64,000 nucleotides of DNA from Angustibacter luteus (GTDB lineage: Bacteria > Actinomycetota > Actinomycetes > Actinomycetales > Angustibacteraceae), in contig NZ_BAABFP010000004.1 of NCBI RefSeq assembly GCF_039541115.1, forward strand, positions 496,001 to 560,000, read 5' to 3'. Both the position numbers and the translations under genes were made by a program. Below, one piece after another: positions 49,836 to 59,028 of the stretch (its first letter is position 1; each line of letters opens with the position of its first letter). The notes below the pieces were generated by a model, which saw nothing but the letters and a program-made list of their open reading frames with translations, searched no databases and was not told the DNA's origin.

Positions 49836-49850
49836 GCCCCCCAGCCTGCC

Positions 49851-50009
49851 TCAGAGGAGGCCCGCGAGCCACCCAACGGTTGCGATGACCGGTGGCCCGA
49901 CCAGCGGCGCGGTGATCGCGACGAGGCCGGCGACCACCAGCAGCGCCAGCGCGCGAGCGATCACGGAGGGCCGGCCGGTGCGTGGCCCGCGCATCATCCG
50001 CAGCAGCAT
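49851..50009 (-). CDS. Small membrane peptide (about 50 aa)
   Basis: MMRGPRTGRPSVIARALALLVVAGLVAITAP...; fills the gap upstream of the DUF4235 gene. Confidence 0.45.
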   Translation of the reverse strand: MLLRMMRGPRTGRPSVIARALALLVVAGLVAITAPLVGPPVIATVGWLAGLL

Positions 50010-50055
50010 GCGCCGAGTGTGCCACCCGGACCGCCCCGGGTGTACGTTGAACGGA

Positions 50056-50146
50056 CACGACAGGGGAGCGCCGTAAGGCGCTGAGAGTGCGGTCAGCCCG
50101 CAGACCCTCGAACCTGCTCCGGTTAGCACCGGCGAAGGGAGTCGAG
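50056..50146 (+). ncRNA. TPP riboswitch
   Basis: GGGGAGC...GCTGAGA...ACCC..GAACCTG.TCCGGTTAGCACCGGCGAAGGGA conserved TPP core upstream of an ECF transporter. Confidence 0.93.
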
Positions 50147-50230
50147 CTTCTCGCCGGTCGTCGTCGACCCGTGGCAGCCGCCACGACGCCGGCGGCGCCC
50201 GGTCCCCCTCCAACCAGGAGGGATCCACGC

Positions 50231-51037
50231 ATGACCGCACCATCGAAGGTGGTCCAGCTCCCGACGTCCGACCGGACGCCGCGCACGCCACCGCGCATCG
50301 CCTGGGCCGTCGCCGCGGTCGGGGTCGTCCTCGGCCTGGCCATCTGGCTGATCGGGTTGCCGGACGACGTCACCTGGTTCGGCAGCACAATGTCCGACCT
50401 CTCGCTGCCGGCCGGGCTCATCGTCGCCCTGCTGTTCGGGTGGATCGGCTTCTCGCTGGCCAGCGCCCGCGCGTCCTGGCGGGTCGTCGACCTCGTCGTC
50501 GCGGGCGTTCTCGGCGTGGCGGGTGGCCTGCTGTTCGCCGTCTGGAACGCCAACTACGCCGTCATCTCCGGCCCGCTCGGCGCCACCCCGGCGATCGCGC
50601 TGCTCGGCGGCGCCTGGCTGCTGCCCGGGGTGCTCGGCGCCCTGGTCATCCGTCGACCCGGCGCGGCGGTCCTGGTCGAGGTCGTCGCGGCCGTCGTCGA
50701 GGGGCTGATCGGCAGCCAGTGGGGCTTCACGGTCGTCTGGTACGGCCTGCTCGAGGGCCTCGGTGCGGAGATCGTCTTCGCGCTGCTGCTCTACCGGCGT
50801 TTCGGGCTGCCGACCGCGATGCTGTCGGGTGCCGTCGCCGGGCTGATCATCGCGCCGGTCGACCTGGTGCTCTCGTACGCCGCGCAGACGGCCGGCTGGA
50901 AGCTCGGCTACGTCGTCTGCCTGGTCATCTCGGGTGCCGTGCTGGCCGGCGTCGGGGCGTGGGCGATCACCCGCGGGCTGGCCCGCACCGGTGCGCTCGC
51001 CCCGCTGGCGTCCGGGCGCTCGGCCAGGCGTGTCTGA
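50231..51037 (+). CDS. ECF transporter S component (YkoE-like, thiamine/HMP)
   Basis: WRVVDLVVA.VLGVA.G, IRRPGAA..VE, GLLEGLGAE; TPP riboswitch upstream. Confidence 0.88.
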   Translation: MTAPSKVVQLPTSDRTPRTPPRIAWAVAAVGVVLGLAIWLIGLPDDVTWFGSTMSDLSLPAGLIVALLFGWIGFSLASARASWRVVDLVVAGVLGVAGGLLFAVWNANYAVISGPLGATPAIALLGGAWLLPGVLGALVIRRPGAAVLVEVVAAVVEGLIGSQWGFTVVWYGLLEGLGAEIVFALLLYRRFGLPTAMLSGAVAGLIIAPVDLVLSYAAQTAGWKLGYVVCLVISGAVLAGVGAWAITRGLARTGALAPLASGRSARRV

Positions 51038-51041
51038 GTCG

Positions 51042-52598
51042 ATGACCGCGCGACAGCTGCCGGCCGTGGGCCTTCGGGCCCGCGGCTGGGGCTGGCGGCA
51101 CGCCGGGCGGTTGGCCTGGGCGGTCCGCGACCTCGACCTGGACGTCGCCCCCGGCGAGGCCGTGCTGCTGCTCGGGGCGAGCGGGGCCGGCAAGTCGACG
51201 TTCCTGGCCGGCTGTGCCGGGTTGCTCGGTGAGCCCGGCGCGCGCTCGGCCGACGGGGTCGCGGTGCACGAGAACGGCGGCGAGTCCACCGGTTCGCTGA
51301 CACTCGACGGCGTCCCGGCGGCGACCTCGCGGCTGTCCGGTGCGGTGCGGGCCGGCCTGCTGCTGCAGGACCCGGACGCGCAGACGGTGCTGGCCCGGTG
51401 CGGTGACGACGTCGCGTTCGGGTTGGAGAACCTCGGCGTGCCGCGCGAGCAGATCTGGCCGCGGGTCGACGAGGCCCTGCGCTCCGTCGGCTTCCGCTAC
51501 GGCCGCGCGCACCCGACGTCCGACCTGTCCGGCGGCGAGCGGCAGCGGCTCGCGCTCGCCGGGGTGCTCGCGATGCGCCCGGGACTGCTGCTGCTCGACG
51601 AGCCGACGGCGATGCTCGACCCGGACGGCTCGCGCCTGCTCCGCGACACCGTGCGCGACGTGCTGGCCGTCTCGGGCGCGACCTGCCTGATCGTCGAGCA
51701 CCGGGTGCAGCAGTGGGTGGACGTCGTCGACCGGGTCGTCGTCCTCGGCGCGGACGGTGGGCTCGCGGCTGACGGTCCCCCGGACGAGGTGCTCGGTCGG
51801 CACGGCGCAGCCCTTGCGGCACAGGGCGTCTGGGTGCCGGAGCGGTACCTGCCCGCGGCCGGTGTCGGACGTCGCACCCGGTCACCGCGCGACGATCGGC
51901 TGGACGGCGCGGCGCTGCTGGCCGCGCAAGGGCTGGCTGGCGCGCCGCCCGGCGCGGACGCCGTGGTGCGCGACGTCGACCTGACCCTGCACGCCGGTCG
52001 GGCGACGGCGCTGGTCGGGCCGAACGGCGCCGGCAAGACGACGCTCGCCCACGTGCTGGCCGGCCTGACCCGACCCGTGGCGGGTTCGCTCACCGCCGCC
52101 CCGGCGTTGGCCCGCGGCCTGTCCGGGCCGCCGCACCGCTGGCGGGCCCGCGACCTGGTCACCCGGATCGGCACGGTCTTCCAGGAGCCGCAGCACCAGT
52201 TCGTCGCCGCGACGGTGCGCGAGGAGCTCGCAGTGGGACCGCGGCGGGCGGGTCGGTCCGCGGCCCAGGTGGACGGCCGGGTCGACGAGCTGCTGACCCG
52301 ACTGCACCTGCGGCACCTGTCGCAGGCCAACCCGTTCACCCTCAGCGGCGGCGAGCAACGCCGACTGTCGGTGGCGACCGCGCTGGCCACTGGGCCTTCG
52401 CTGCTGGTGCTCGACGAGCCGACGTTCGGGCAGGACGCGCGGACCTGGGCCGAGCTCGTCGACCTGCTCCGCGAGCTGCTGGACGACGGCACCGGCGTGC
52501 TCGCCGTCACCCACGACGAGGCGCTGGTGACCGCCCTGGCGGACGACGTCCACGAGCTGCCTGGCCCGTTGACGCCCTGGCAGGTGGTGTCCGCATGA
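51042..52598 (+). CDS. ECF transporter fused double ATPase (YkoD-like)
   Basis: GASGAGKS/LSGGERQR/LLDEP and GPNGAGKT/LSGGEQRR/VLDEPTFGQD. Confidence 0.92.
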   Translation: MTARQLPAVGLRARGWGWRHAGRLAWAVRDLDLDVAPGEAVLLLGASGAGKSTFLAGCAGLLGEPGARSADGVAVHENGGESTGSLTLDGVPAATSRLSGAVRAGLLLQDPDAQTVLARCGDDVAFGLENLGVPREQIWPRVDEALRSVGFRYGRAHPTSDLSGGERQRLALAGVLAMRPGLLLLDEPTAMLDPDGSRLLRDTVRDVLAVSGATCLIVEHRVQQWVDVVDRVVVLGADGGLAADGPPDEVLGRHGAALAAQGVWVPERYLPAAGVGRRTRSPRDDRLDGAALLAAQGLAGAPPGADAVVRDVDLTLHAGRATALVGPNGAGKTTLAHVLAGLTRPVAGSLTAAPALARGLSGPPHRWRARDLVTRIGTVFQEPQHQFVAATVREELAVGPRRAGRSAAQVDGRVDELLTRLHLRHLSQANPFTLSGGEQRRLSVATALATGPSLLVLDEPTFGQDARTWAELVDLLRELLDDGTGVLAVTHDEALVTALADDVHELPGPLTPWQVVSA

Positions 52599-53398
52599 CC
52601 GTGATCTCGTTGCAGCGCAGCCACTTCGACGCCACCGCACCGTTGGCCCGGGCGAACCCGGTCGCCAAGCTCGTGGCGTCCACGGTGATCGCGTTCGGGT
52701 TGCTGCTGAGCGTGGACGTCGTCACCGCAGGGACCGCGCTGGTGCTCGAGCTGCTGGTGCTGCCGCTCGCCGGGCTGACGCTGGTCGCCCTGCTCCGGCG
52801 CTCGGTGGTCGTGCTGCTCGGCGCCGTTCCCGCGGGCGTCGCGGCTGTGCTCTTCGGCGTGGACTCCGGCGCCACGCTGCTCGACCTGGGACCGATCAGC
52901 ATCACCGAGGGCTCGCTGGCCTCCGGTGTCGCGATCAGCCTGCGCATCCTGGCCATCGGGCTGCCCGGCATCATCCTGCTCTCGACGACTGACCCGACCG
53001 ACCTCGCCGACGGGCTCGCGCAGGTGCTGCGCCTGCCGTCGCGGGTGACCCTGGCGGCCCTCGCCGCGACCCGGCTGCTCGGCGTGATGGCGGCGGACTG
53101 GCGCTCGATGTCGTTGGCGCGCCGGGCTCGTGGCCTCGGCGGCGACGGTCCGGTCGGTGCCGTCCGGGCCGCCGCCGGTCAGGTGTTCGCGTTGCTCGTG
53201 CTGGCGATCCGCCGGTCCACCGTGCTCGCGACCACGATGGAGTCGCGCGGGTTCGGCACCGACCAGCCGCGCACCTGGGCCCGCGAGAGCCGGCTGCACT
53301 GGGTGGACGTGGTGGTCGTCCTCGGCTCGGTGGTGCTGATCGCGGTGGCCATCGCCGCCGGGGTCGCCGCAGGCACCTGGCACCTGCTGCTCACGTGA
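52595..53398 (+). CDS. ECF transporter T component (YkoC/CbiQ-like)
   Basis: NPVAKL, TTDP.DL, ARRARG and MESRGF motifs. Confidence 0.9.
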   Translation: MTVISLQRSHFDATAPLARANPVAKLVASTVIAFGLLLSVDVVTAGTALVLELLVLPLAGLTLVALLRRSVVVLLGAVPAGVAAVLFGVDSGATLLDLGPISITEGSLASGVAISLRILAIGLPGIILLSTTDPTDLADGLAQVLRLPSRVTLAALAATRLLGVMAADWRSMSLARRARGLGGDGPVGAVRAAAGQVFALLVLAIRRSTVLATTMESRGFGTDQPRTWARESRLHWVDVVVVLGSVVLIAVAIAAGVAAGTWHLLLT

Positions 53399-53810
53399 TC
53401 AGGATGCGACCGGCTGCCCGGACCAGCGCGCGGCGGTCCGTCGCGGTCAGGTTGGCGGTCAGCGTCTCCACCTGATCGGCGAAGGCGGCGCCGACCTGCT
53501 CGGCCAGCGCGCGACCCTCGGCGGTGATGATCACGTGCACGACCCGCCGGTCCGAGGTACTGGGCCGGCGGACCACCAGCCCGCGCCGCTCGGCCCGGTC
53601 GACCAGGCCGCTGACGCTCGACTTGTCCAGGCCGAGGTGCTGGCCCAGCTCGTTCATGGTGGGCTCGTGGTCGCGCAGGATGCCGCCCAGGCGGACCTGC
53701 GCCAGGGACAGCCCGTGCTCGGCGGCCAGGTCGCTCAGCGTTCCCTGCACCAGGAACGAGAGCCGGGCCAGGACGTCCACGAGATCGGTTCGGTCGCTCA
53801 CGTCTCCCAC
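53391..53810 (-). CDS. MarR-family regulator
   Basis: GLSLAQ, TMNELG..LGLDKSSVSGLVDR, DRR. Confidence 0.9.
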   Translation of the reverse strand: MGDVSDRTDLVDVLARLSFLVQGTLSDLAAEHGLSLAQVRLGGILRDHEPTMNELGQHLGLDKSSVSGLVDRAERRGLVVRRPSTSDRRVVHVIITAEGRALAEQVGAAFADQVETLTANLTATDRRALVRAAGRILIT

Positions 53811-53823
53811 CCTACTTGAACTA

Positions 53824-53860
53824 GTACGTGTCGCGAACTACATTGGTTCGTGTCACGAAC
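53824..53860. promoter_or_regulatory. Tandem MarR-type operators
   Basis: GTACGTGTCGCGAAC and GTTCGTGTCACGAAC, 22 bp apart, in the divergent marR/oxidoreductase spacer. Confidence 0.65.
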
Positions 53861-53881
53861 ATTTCGTTGAGAGGCACTGCC

Positions 53882-54847
53882 ATGCGCGTGAACGCCGCCG
53901 TCGTCCGATCGTTCGACGAGCCGCCCCACCACGAGGGGTTCGACCTCCCTGACCCGACAGGCGCGGACCAGGCCGTGGTCGACGTCCTCGCGGCAGGTCT
54001 GCACCCACGGGTGCGCAGCGGCGCGTCCGGGCGGCACTACACCAGCACCGGCCGGCTGCCGCTGGTGCCGGGCATCGACGGTGTCGGGCGGCTTGCGGAC
54101 GGGCGGCTGGTCTACTTCGTCACGGACGACGACCTGCCCGGCTCGATGGCCGCGCGGGCGGTCATCGACACCCGTCGGATGGTCGTCCTACCTGAGGACG
54201 TCGACGTCGTCCGGGTCGCCGCCGCGATGAACCCCGCGATGTCGTCCTGGGTGGCGCTGCGCCGGCGCGTCCCGATCGAGCCCGGGCAGTCCGTCCTGGT
54301 GCTGGGGGCGACCGGCAACGCCGGGCAGATGGCCGTCCAGGTCGCCAAGCGGCTCGGCGCCGGTCGAGTGGTCGGCGCGGGTCGCAACCCCGCCGCCCTC
54401 GCGCTGCTGGCCGGGCTGGGCGCCGACGTCACGGTCGCGCTGGGGGAGGACGACGACGCGGCCGCGGCGATGCTGGCGGCCGCCGCGAGCGAGGTCGACC
54501 TCGTCCTGGACTACCTCTGGGCCGCACCGGCCGCGAGCGCCATGATGGCGCTGCTGCGGGCGCGGGCTGACCGTAGCCGGGCGCTCGACTGGATCCAGAT
54601 CGGCTCCGTGGCCGGACCCACCCTCGAGCTCCCTTCGGTGGCGTTGCGCTCGGCGAACCTGCGGATCCAGGGCAACGGGCAGGGTGCGGTCTCCACCCGG
54701 GCCTACGTGGCCGAGTTGCCGTCGCTGGTGGAGGAGATCAGCTCCGGTCGGCTGGCGGTCAACGCGCGCGCCGTGCCGCTGGCCGACGTCGAGGCGGCCT
54801 GGACCGCCTCGGACGTGCCCGGCGTCCGCACCGTCCTGCAGCCTTGA
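53882..54847 (+). CDS. MDR-family quinone oxidoreductase (zinc-independent ADH superfamily)
   Basis: PLVPGIDGVG, NPAMSSW, VLVLGATGNAG, DLVLDYLW. Confidence 0.85.
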   Translation: MRVNAAVVRSFDEPPHHEGFDLPDPTGADQAVVDVLAAGLHPRVRSGASGRHYTSTGRLPLVPGIDGVGRLADGRLVYFVTDDDLPGSMAARAVIDTRRMVVLPEDVDVVRVAAAMNPAMSSWVALRRRVPIEPGQSVLVLGATGNAGQMAVQVAKRLGAGRVVGAGRNPAALALLAGLGADVTVALGEDDDAAAAMLAAAASEVDLVLDYLWAAPAASAMMALLRARADRSRALDWIQIGSVAGPTLELPSVALRSANLRIQGNGQGAVSTRAYVAELPSLVEEISSGRLAVNARAVPLADVEAAWTASDVPGVRTVLQP

Positions 54848-54936
54848 CCCAGGCTTGAGGTTCGCTGGGGGTGGCCATAGGGCGGCCGCCGCGAGAGTCA
54901 GCTCGTCAACCTGACCGACGAGCAAGGAGCAGTCCC

Positions 54937-55470
54937 ATGATCCGTCCCCGACTCGCAGCGGTGGTCGCCGCGTCCGCCACCCTGGCCGTCAGCGGCCTCG
55001 CCTACGGCCTGGCGTCCAGCTCGGCCGCGACGCCGAGCACCGCGACGGTCTCGTCGACCACCTCCACGTCGAGCCCGTCCACCTCCGACGACGACCCGAC
55101 CACGAGCCCGACCGCGACGTCCCGGCCGACGTCCAGCGCGACGTCCAGCGCGACGTCGAGCCCGACCGCATCACCGAGCACGTCCGACGACCGCCAGCAC
55201 CGCGGTCGCGGTGCGGACGACGGCGCCGGGCACGACGCCAACGACGACCACGGCGGCGACCGCGCCGGCGGCGGCCACGGGGCCGACGACCCGGCGACCC
55301 ACGACGCCAACGACGACCACGGCGGCGACCGCGGCGGTCATGGCAGCGGTCACAGCAGCGGTCACGGCAGCGGTCACGGCAGCGACGACGGGTCGGGCCA
55401 CGACGCGAACGACGACCACGGTGGCGACGACCACGGCGGCAGCGGCCACGGTGGCGGAGACGACGACTGA
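54937..55470 (+). CDS. Secreted Ser/Thr-rich protein with His/Asp/Gly repeats
   Basis: AAGGAG RBS; signal-like N-terminus; HDANDDHGGD x3, GSGH/SSGH repeats. Confidence 0.75.
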   Translation: MIRPRLAAVVAASATLAVSGLAYGLASSSAATPSTATVSSTTSTSSPSTSDDDPTTSPTATSRPTSSATSSATSSPTASPSTSDDRQHRGRGADDGAGHDANDDHGGDRAGGGHGADDPATHDANDDHGGDRGGHGSGHSSGHGSGHGSDDGSGHDANDDHGGDDHGGSGHGGGDDD

Positions 55471-55484
55471 CCGTGCGCGGCAGC

Positions 55485-56768
55485 TCAGTCCGCCGGCGGG
55501 GCGAAGGTCACCACGACCTGCGTCCCGCCGCCGGGCGCCGCGAGCAGGTCGAGGCTGCCGCCCGCCGCGACCGCCACCCGACGGGCGATGTCCAGCCCCA
55601 GACCGCTGGACCCGGCGCCGCTGGCCCCGCGCTCGACGTCCGAGGCCTGCACCCCACCGGGCCCGGCATCGACCACCCGCAGGCGCACCAGCCCGGCCGA
55701 CCGGTCCAGCCGGACGTCGAAGCCCGTTCCCTCTGGCGTGTGCGCGAACACGTTGTCCACCAGGACGTCCACCACGTCGGCCAGCTCCCCGGCGTCCACC
55801 GCGGCCAGCAGCGGTCCGGTCGCCAGCTCGACACTGACCCGGCGCCCCTGTTCGTCCGCCAGCGCGGACCAGAACTCCACCCGCTCGCGCACCACCGGGA
55901 CCGCGTCGCAGCGGGAGTCCAGACCGCTCAGCACCGGACGGCGCGCGTCCCGGACGATCGCGTCGACCGTGCGCTGCAGCTGGTCCACGTGCCCGCGCAG
56001 CCGGGTCGCCGCGTCCTCGTCGAGCACGCCGTCGACGTCCAGCCGCAGCGCGGTCACCGGGGTGCGCAGCCGGTGCGACAGGTCCGCGACGGACTCGCGC
56101 TCCAGCACCAGCAGCTCGCCGATCCGGTCCGCCAGCCGGTTCAGGGCCTGCCCGAGCTCGGCGACCTCGGGTGGTCCCTCGACGTCCGCGCGGGCGTCGA
56201 GCTCGCCCTCGCGCAGCCGGTGCGCGACCTCGGCGAGGTCGGTGACCGGCGCGCTGACCCGACCGCCGAGCCGGCGGGCGACCAGCAGCGCGGCGGCGAG
56301 CAGCACCACACCGAGGCCCGCCAGGCTGGCCCAGGCCGCGGCCAGCCCGTGGTGCAGCTCGGCATCGCTGACCGACGTCCGGACGACCGCCGTGCCGTCC
56401 CCGGTGACGATCGGGACCAGGACCTGGGCGCCCGAACCCGCGTGCGCCGTGAAGGCCGCACCCTGCCGGGCGCGCGCGACATCGGCCGCGGGCTGGGTCG
56501 GCTCCGCGGCGCCCAGCACCTCACCGCTGGGCAGCAGCACCGACGTGCTGAACGGCGAGCGCTGGTCGTTCAGGGCGACGAGCTCGGCGAGCTGGCCCTG
56601 GTCGTCCACCGTGCCGACCAACGCCGCGACCGACTGCGCCTCCTGGTTCGCGCTGGCCAGAGCCCGGTCCTCCGACAGCGTCCGCACCAGCAAGCCGAGA
56701 GGGATCAGGAATGCCAGCACCACTGCTGACGTCGTGGCCACCACGAGCCACGCGATCTGCCGGCGCAT
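55485..56768 (-). CDS. HAMP-domain sensor histidine kinase
   Basis: 2 TM, HAMP, DLSHRLRTP H-box, LVDNV, DAGPG, GLGLDI. Confidence 0.93.
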   Translation of the reverse strand: MRRQIAWLVVATTSAVVLAFLIPLGLLVRTLSEDRALASANQEAQSVAALVGTVDDQGQLAELVALNDQRSPFSTSVLLPSGEVLGAAEPTQPAADVARARQGAAFTAHAGSGAQVLVPIVTGDGTAVVRTSVSDAELHHGLAAAWASLAGLGVVLLAAALLVARRLGGRVSAPVTDLAEVAHRLREGELDARADVEGPPEVAELGQALNRLADRIGELLVLERESVADLSHRLRTPVTALRLDVDGVLDEDAATRLRGHVDQLQRTVDAIVRDARRPVLSGLDSRCDAVPVVRERVEFWSALADEQGRRVSVELATGPLLAAVDAGELADVVDVLVDNVFAHTPEGTGFDVRLDRSAGLVRLRVVDAGPGGVQASDVERGASGAGSSGLGLDIARRVAVAAGGSLDLLAAPGGGTQVVVTFAPPAD

Positions 56769-57460
56769 CAGCCCTCGTCCGGCCCGGGTGCGCGCAGCGC
56801 CACGCCCACGCCCCGGACGCTGTGCAGGTACCGGGGCTCGGCCGCGCTCTCGCCGAGCTTGCGGCGCAACCACGACAGGTGCACGTCGACCGTGCGGTCT
56901 CCGCCGCCGTACGCCTGGCGCCACACCTCGGCCAGCAGCTCGCGCTTGCTGACCACCTCACCGGGCCGACTGGCCAGCAGCAGCAGGACGTCGAACTCCT
57001 TGCGAGACAGGTCGATCGGGCTGCCGTCGAGGCTGGCCTGCCGGGTCCGCGGGTCGATGGACAGGCCACCGACGACGACGGGTTCGCTGACCGGCGCGGC
57101 GCCGGCCCGGCGCAGGACGGCGCGCAACCTCGCCTCGACCTGGTCGACACCGAACGGCTTCGCGACGTAGTCGTCCGCGCCCGCATCGAGCGCCCGGACG
57201 ACGTCAGCGTCGTCGTCGCGTGCCGTGATGACGATGACCGGGACGTCGCTCACCGCGCGCAGCATGGCCAGCACCTGGAGCCCGTCGACGTCCGGCAGAC
57301 CGAGATCGAGCAGGACGACGTCCGGCCGGTCGTCGACCGCCTGCTGCAGCCCGTCCATGCCCCGGGTGGCGGTGGCGACGGCGTGCCCGCGCTCGCCCAG
57401 GCTGCGCACGAGGGCCGACCGGATGCCCGGGTCGTCCTCGACCACCAGGATCGTCGCCAC
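56768..57460 (-). CDS. OmpR-family response regulator
   Basis: ILVVEDD, LLDLGLPD, ITAR, GADDYVAKPF, RTVDVHLSWLRRKLG, VRGVG. Confidence 0.95.
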   Translation of the reverse strand: MATILVVEDDPGIRSALVRSLGERGHAVATATRGMDGLQQAVDDRPDVVLLDLGLPDVDGLQVLAMLRAVSDVPVIVITARDDDADVVRALDAGADDYVAKPFGVDQVEARLRAVLRRAGAAPVSEPVVVGGLSIDPRTRQASLDGSPIDLSRKEFDVLLLLASRPGEVVSKRELLAEVWRQAYGGGDRTVDVHLSWLRRKLGESAAEPRYLHSVRGVGVALRAPGPDEG

Positions 57461-57525
57461 CCCGGCACGCTACCTGCTGGTCGCCCGTGGAACCGTCCGC
57501 TCGACGTCAGTGTCAGGCTGGGCTC

Positions 57526-58125
57526 GTGAAGGGGCGTCGGGTGGTCGCGATGGCGGCGGCGTGGGTGGCCGTGGTGGCGCTCGCGTCGTCCTTGGCGTGG
57601 TTCGCGATCGAGCGCGCCGGCCGCGAGGTGCTCGCCGGGCCGGCCGTGGGCCTGGGTGACTCCGGGCCGTCCACCGGCGAGCCCGTCGACGCCGCCGCGT
57701 CGCCCACCTCCTCGCCCACCGCGTCGCCCACGGCGTCGCCGTCCAGCACCCGAACCACCTCGGCCCACCCGCCGACGTCCGCGACCCGGCCGGGCCTGCG
57801 GGCCGTCGACCGCAGCGCGCAGGTCACCGGCGGGTCCGTGGGTGTGCGCTGCACGGGCTCGACGGCGCGGCTGCGGTACGCGCAGCCGGCGAGCGGCTGG
57901 ACGGTGGAGGTCAAGGACACCGGCCCGCAGCGGGTGGAGGTGGAGTTCACCACGTCCGAGCGCGGCACCCGGGTGCGCGCGGAGTGCGCCGGTGGCGTCC
58001 CGACGATCACCAGCGAGCCGCACGGTGGTGGGGGTGGCGGTGGCGGCGGCGGTGACGACGGCGGCGGTGGTGGGGACGGCGGCGGGTCTGGGTCGAGCGG
58101 GTCGAGCGGGTCCGGCAAGGGCTGA
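57526..58125 (+). CDS. Membrane-anchored or secreted hypothetical protein with Gly-rich tail
   Basis: N-terminal TM, S/T/P linker, GGSV.V.C...AQPASGW.V...GP..VEVEF...C domain; divergent from the TCS. Confidence 0.7.
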   Translation: MKGRRVVAMAAAWVAVVALASSLAWFAIERAGREVLAGPAVGLGDSGPSTGEPVDAAASPTSSPTASPTASPSSTRTTSAHPPTSATRPGLRAVDRSAQVTGGSVGVRCTGSTARLRYAQPASGWTVEVKDTGPQRVEVEFTTSERGTRVRAECAGGVPTITSEPHGGGGGGGGGGDDGGGGGDGGGSGSSGSSGSGKG

Positions 58126-58234
58126 CACCCGGCGGTGACGGCCACGAAACGTTCCGGCAACGTGGCTGGGGCACCGTGGTTCGGGTCAGCCGGGGCCGGG
58201 GGGCTGCCCGGAACTCGTGGACCGAAGGAAGCCG

Positions 58235-58888
58235 ATGACCGTAGCCCCGGCCCGTTCCCGTTCCCGTCGTCGTGCCGCCGCTGAGCCCGTGGCGCAGACC
58301 GGCGACGCGCGAGCCGCCCTCTCGCTGGCGCGGCGACCCTGGTCGCTGCCCACCGCGGGTGGGCGCGTCGTGGTCCGTGGCGCGATGCCCGGTGACCTCG
58401 CGGCCGTCGCCGTGCTGCACGGGCGGTGCTCGGCGACGACCCTGCTGCAGCGCTACCTCAAGGGCGGCCGCCCGCCGTCGCTCAGCACGCTCAGCGACCT
58501 GATGCACCGCCCGCTCGTCGTCATCGCGCTGGCACCGGCCGGCGACGTCGTCGCCCTCGCCTCGGCGACCCGGGCCAGCACGGCTCCCAACGGCGACCCC
58601 GAGCCGGGCACCACCCTGCAGATCGGGCTCCTGGTCCGTGACGACTGGCAGCAGCTCGGCGTCGGCCGCGCCCTGGCGGCCCACGTCGCGGCGTCCGCGC
58701 AGCTGTTGGGGGTGCGCGAGCTGGTGGCGGACGTCGCGTCCCAGGGCCTGCCGCTGCGCCGGATCATGGACGGCATCGGCGCCACCAAGTCGTCCCGCAA
58801 CGAGCGCGGCTCGCGGCTGCGGACCCGGCTCGACCACGCCGCGCTCGCCGGCCTCGGCCCGGTGTCCGGCGTCCTCGTCGCCGGCTGA
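58235..58888 (+). CDS. GNAT-family acetyltransferase
   Basis: R.A.PGDL.AV..LH.RCS..TL..RY; IGLLVRDDWQQLGVG. Confidence 0.75.
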   Translation: MTVAPARSRSRRRAAAEPVAQTGDARAALSLARRPWSLPTAGGRVVVRGAMPGDLAAVAVLHGRCSATTLLQRYLKGGRPPSLSTLSDLMHRPLVVIALAPAGDVVALASATRASTAPNGDPEPGTTLQIGLLVRDDWQQLGVGRALAAHVAASAQLLGVRELVADVASQGLPLRRIMDGIGATKSSRNERGSRLRTRLDHAALAGLGPVSGVLVAG

Positions 58889-58911
58889 CCCCTCGCGACC
58901 GCACCCGTCCC

Positions 58912-58974
58912 CGCACCATTCGCGCTCCACGTGGTTCTCGAGCCCGCATAGCCACGTCAAGCGCGAATGGTGCG
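58912..58974. repeat. Long palindrome (family D) after the GNAT stop
   Basis: CGCACCATTCGCGCT/AGCGCGAATGGTGCG perfect arms plus ACGTGG/CCACGT. Confidence 0.8.
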
Positions 58975-58990
58975 AGGGTGGCGACGCGGG

Positions 58991-59021
58991 TTGACCTCAA
59001 GCGGACTTGAGGTTGCACGAT
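58991..59021 (+). promoter_or_regulatory. SoxR/MerR-type promoter with sox box
   Basis: -35 TTGACC, 19-nt spacer, -10 CACGAT; dyad ACCTCAAG-CGGA-CTTGAGGT (58994-59013); ATG 7 nt after the -10. Confidence 0.8.
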
Positions 59022-59028
59022 CGGGGGC

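Noticed and set aside
58020..58120. GGC/GGT-rich tract as a non-coding repeat
   Set aside because: It is in frame and encodes the Gly-rich tail of the 57526-58125 protein.
58994..59013. Third HAIR/HspR site
   Set aside because: The half-sites are in the opposite order (CTCAAG...CTTGAG) with a 4-nt centre, which fits a SoxR box instead.
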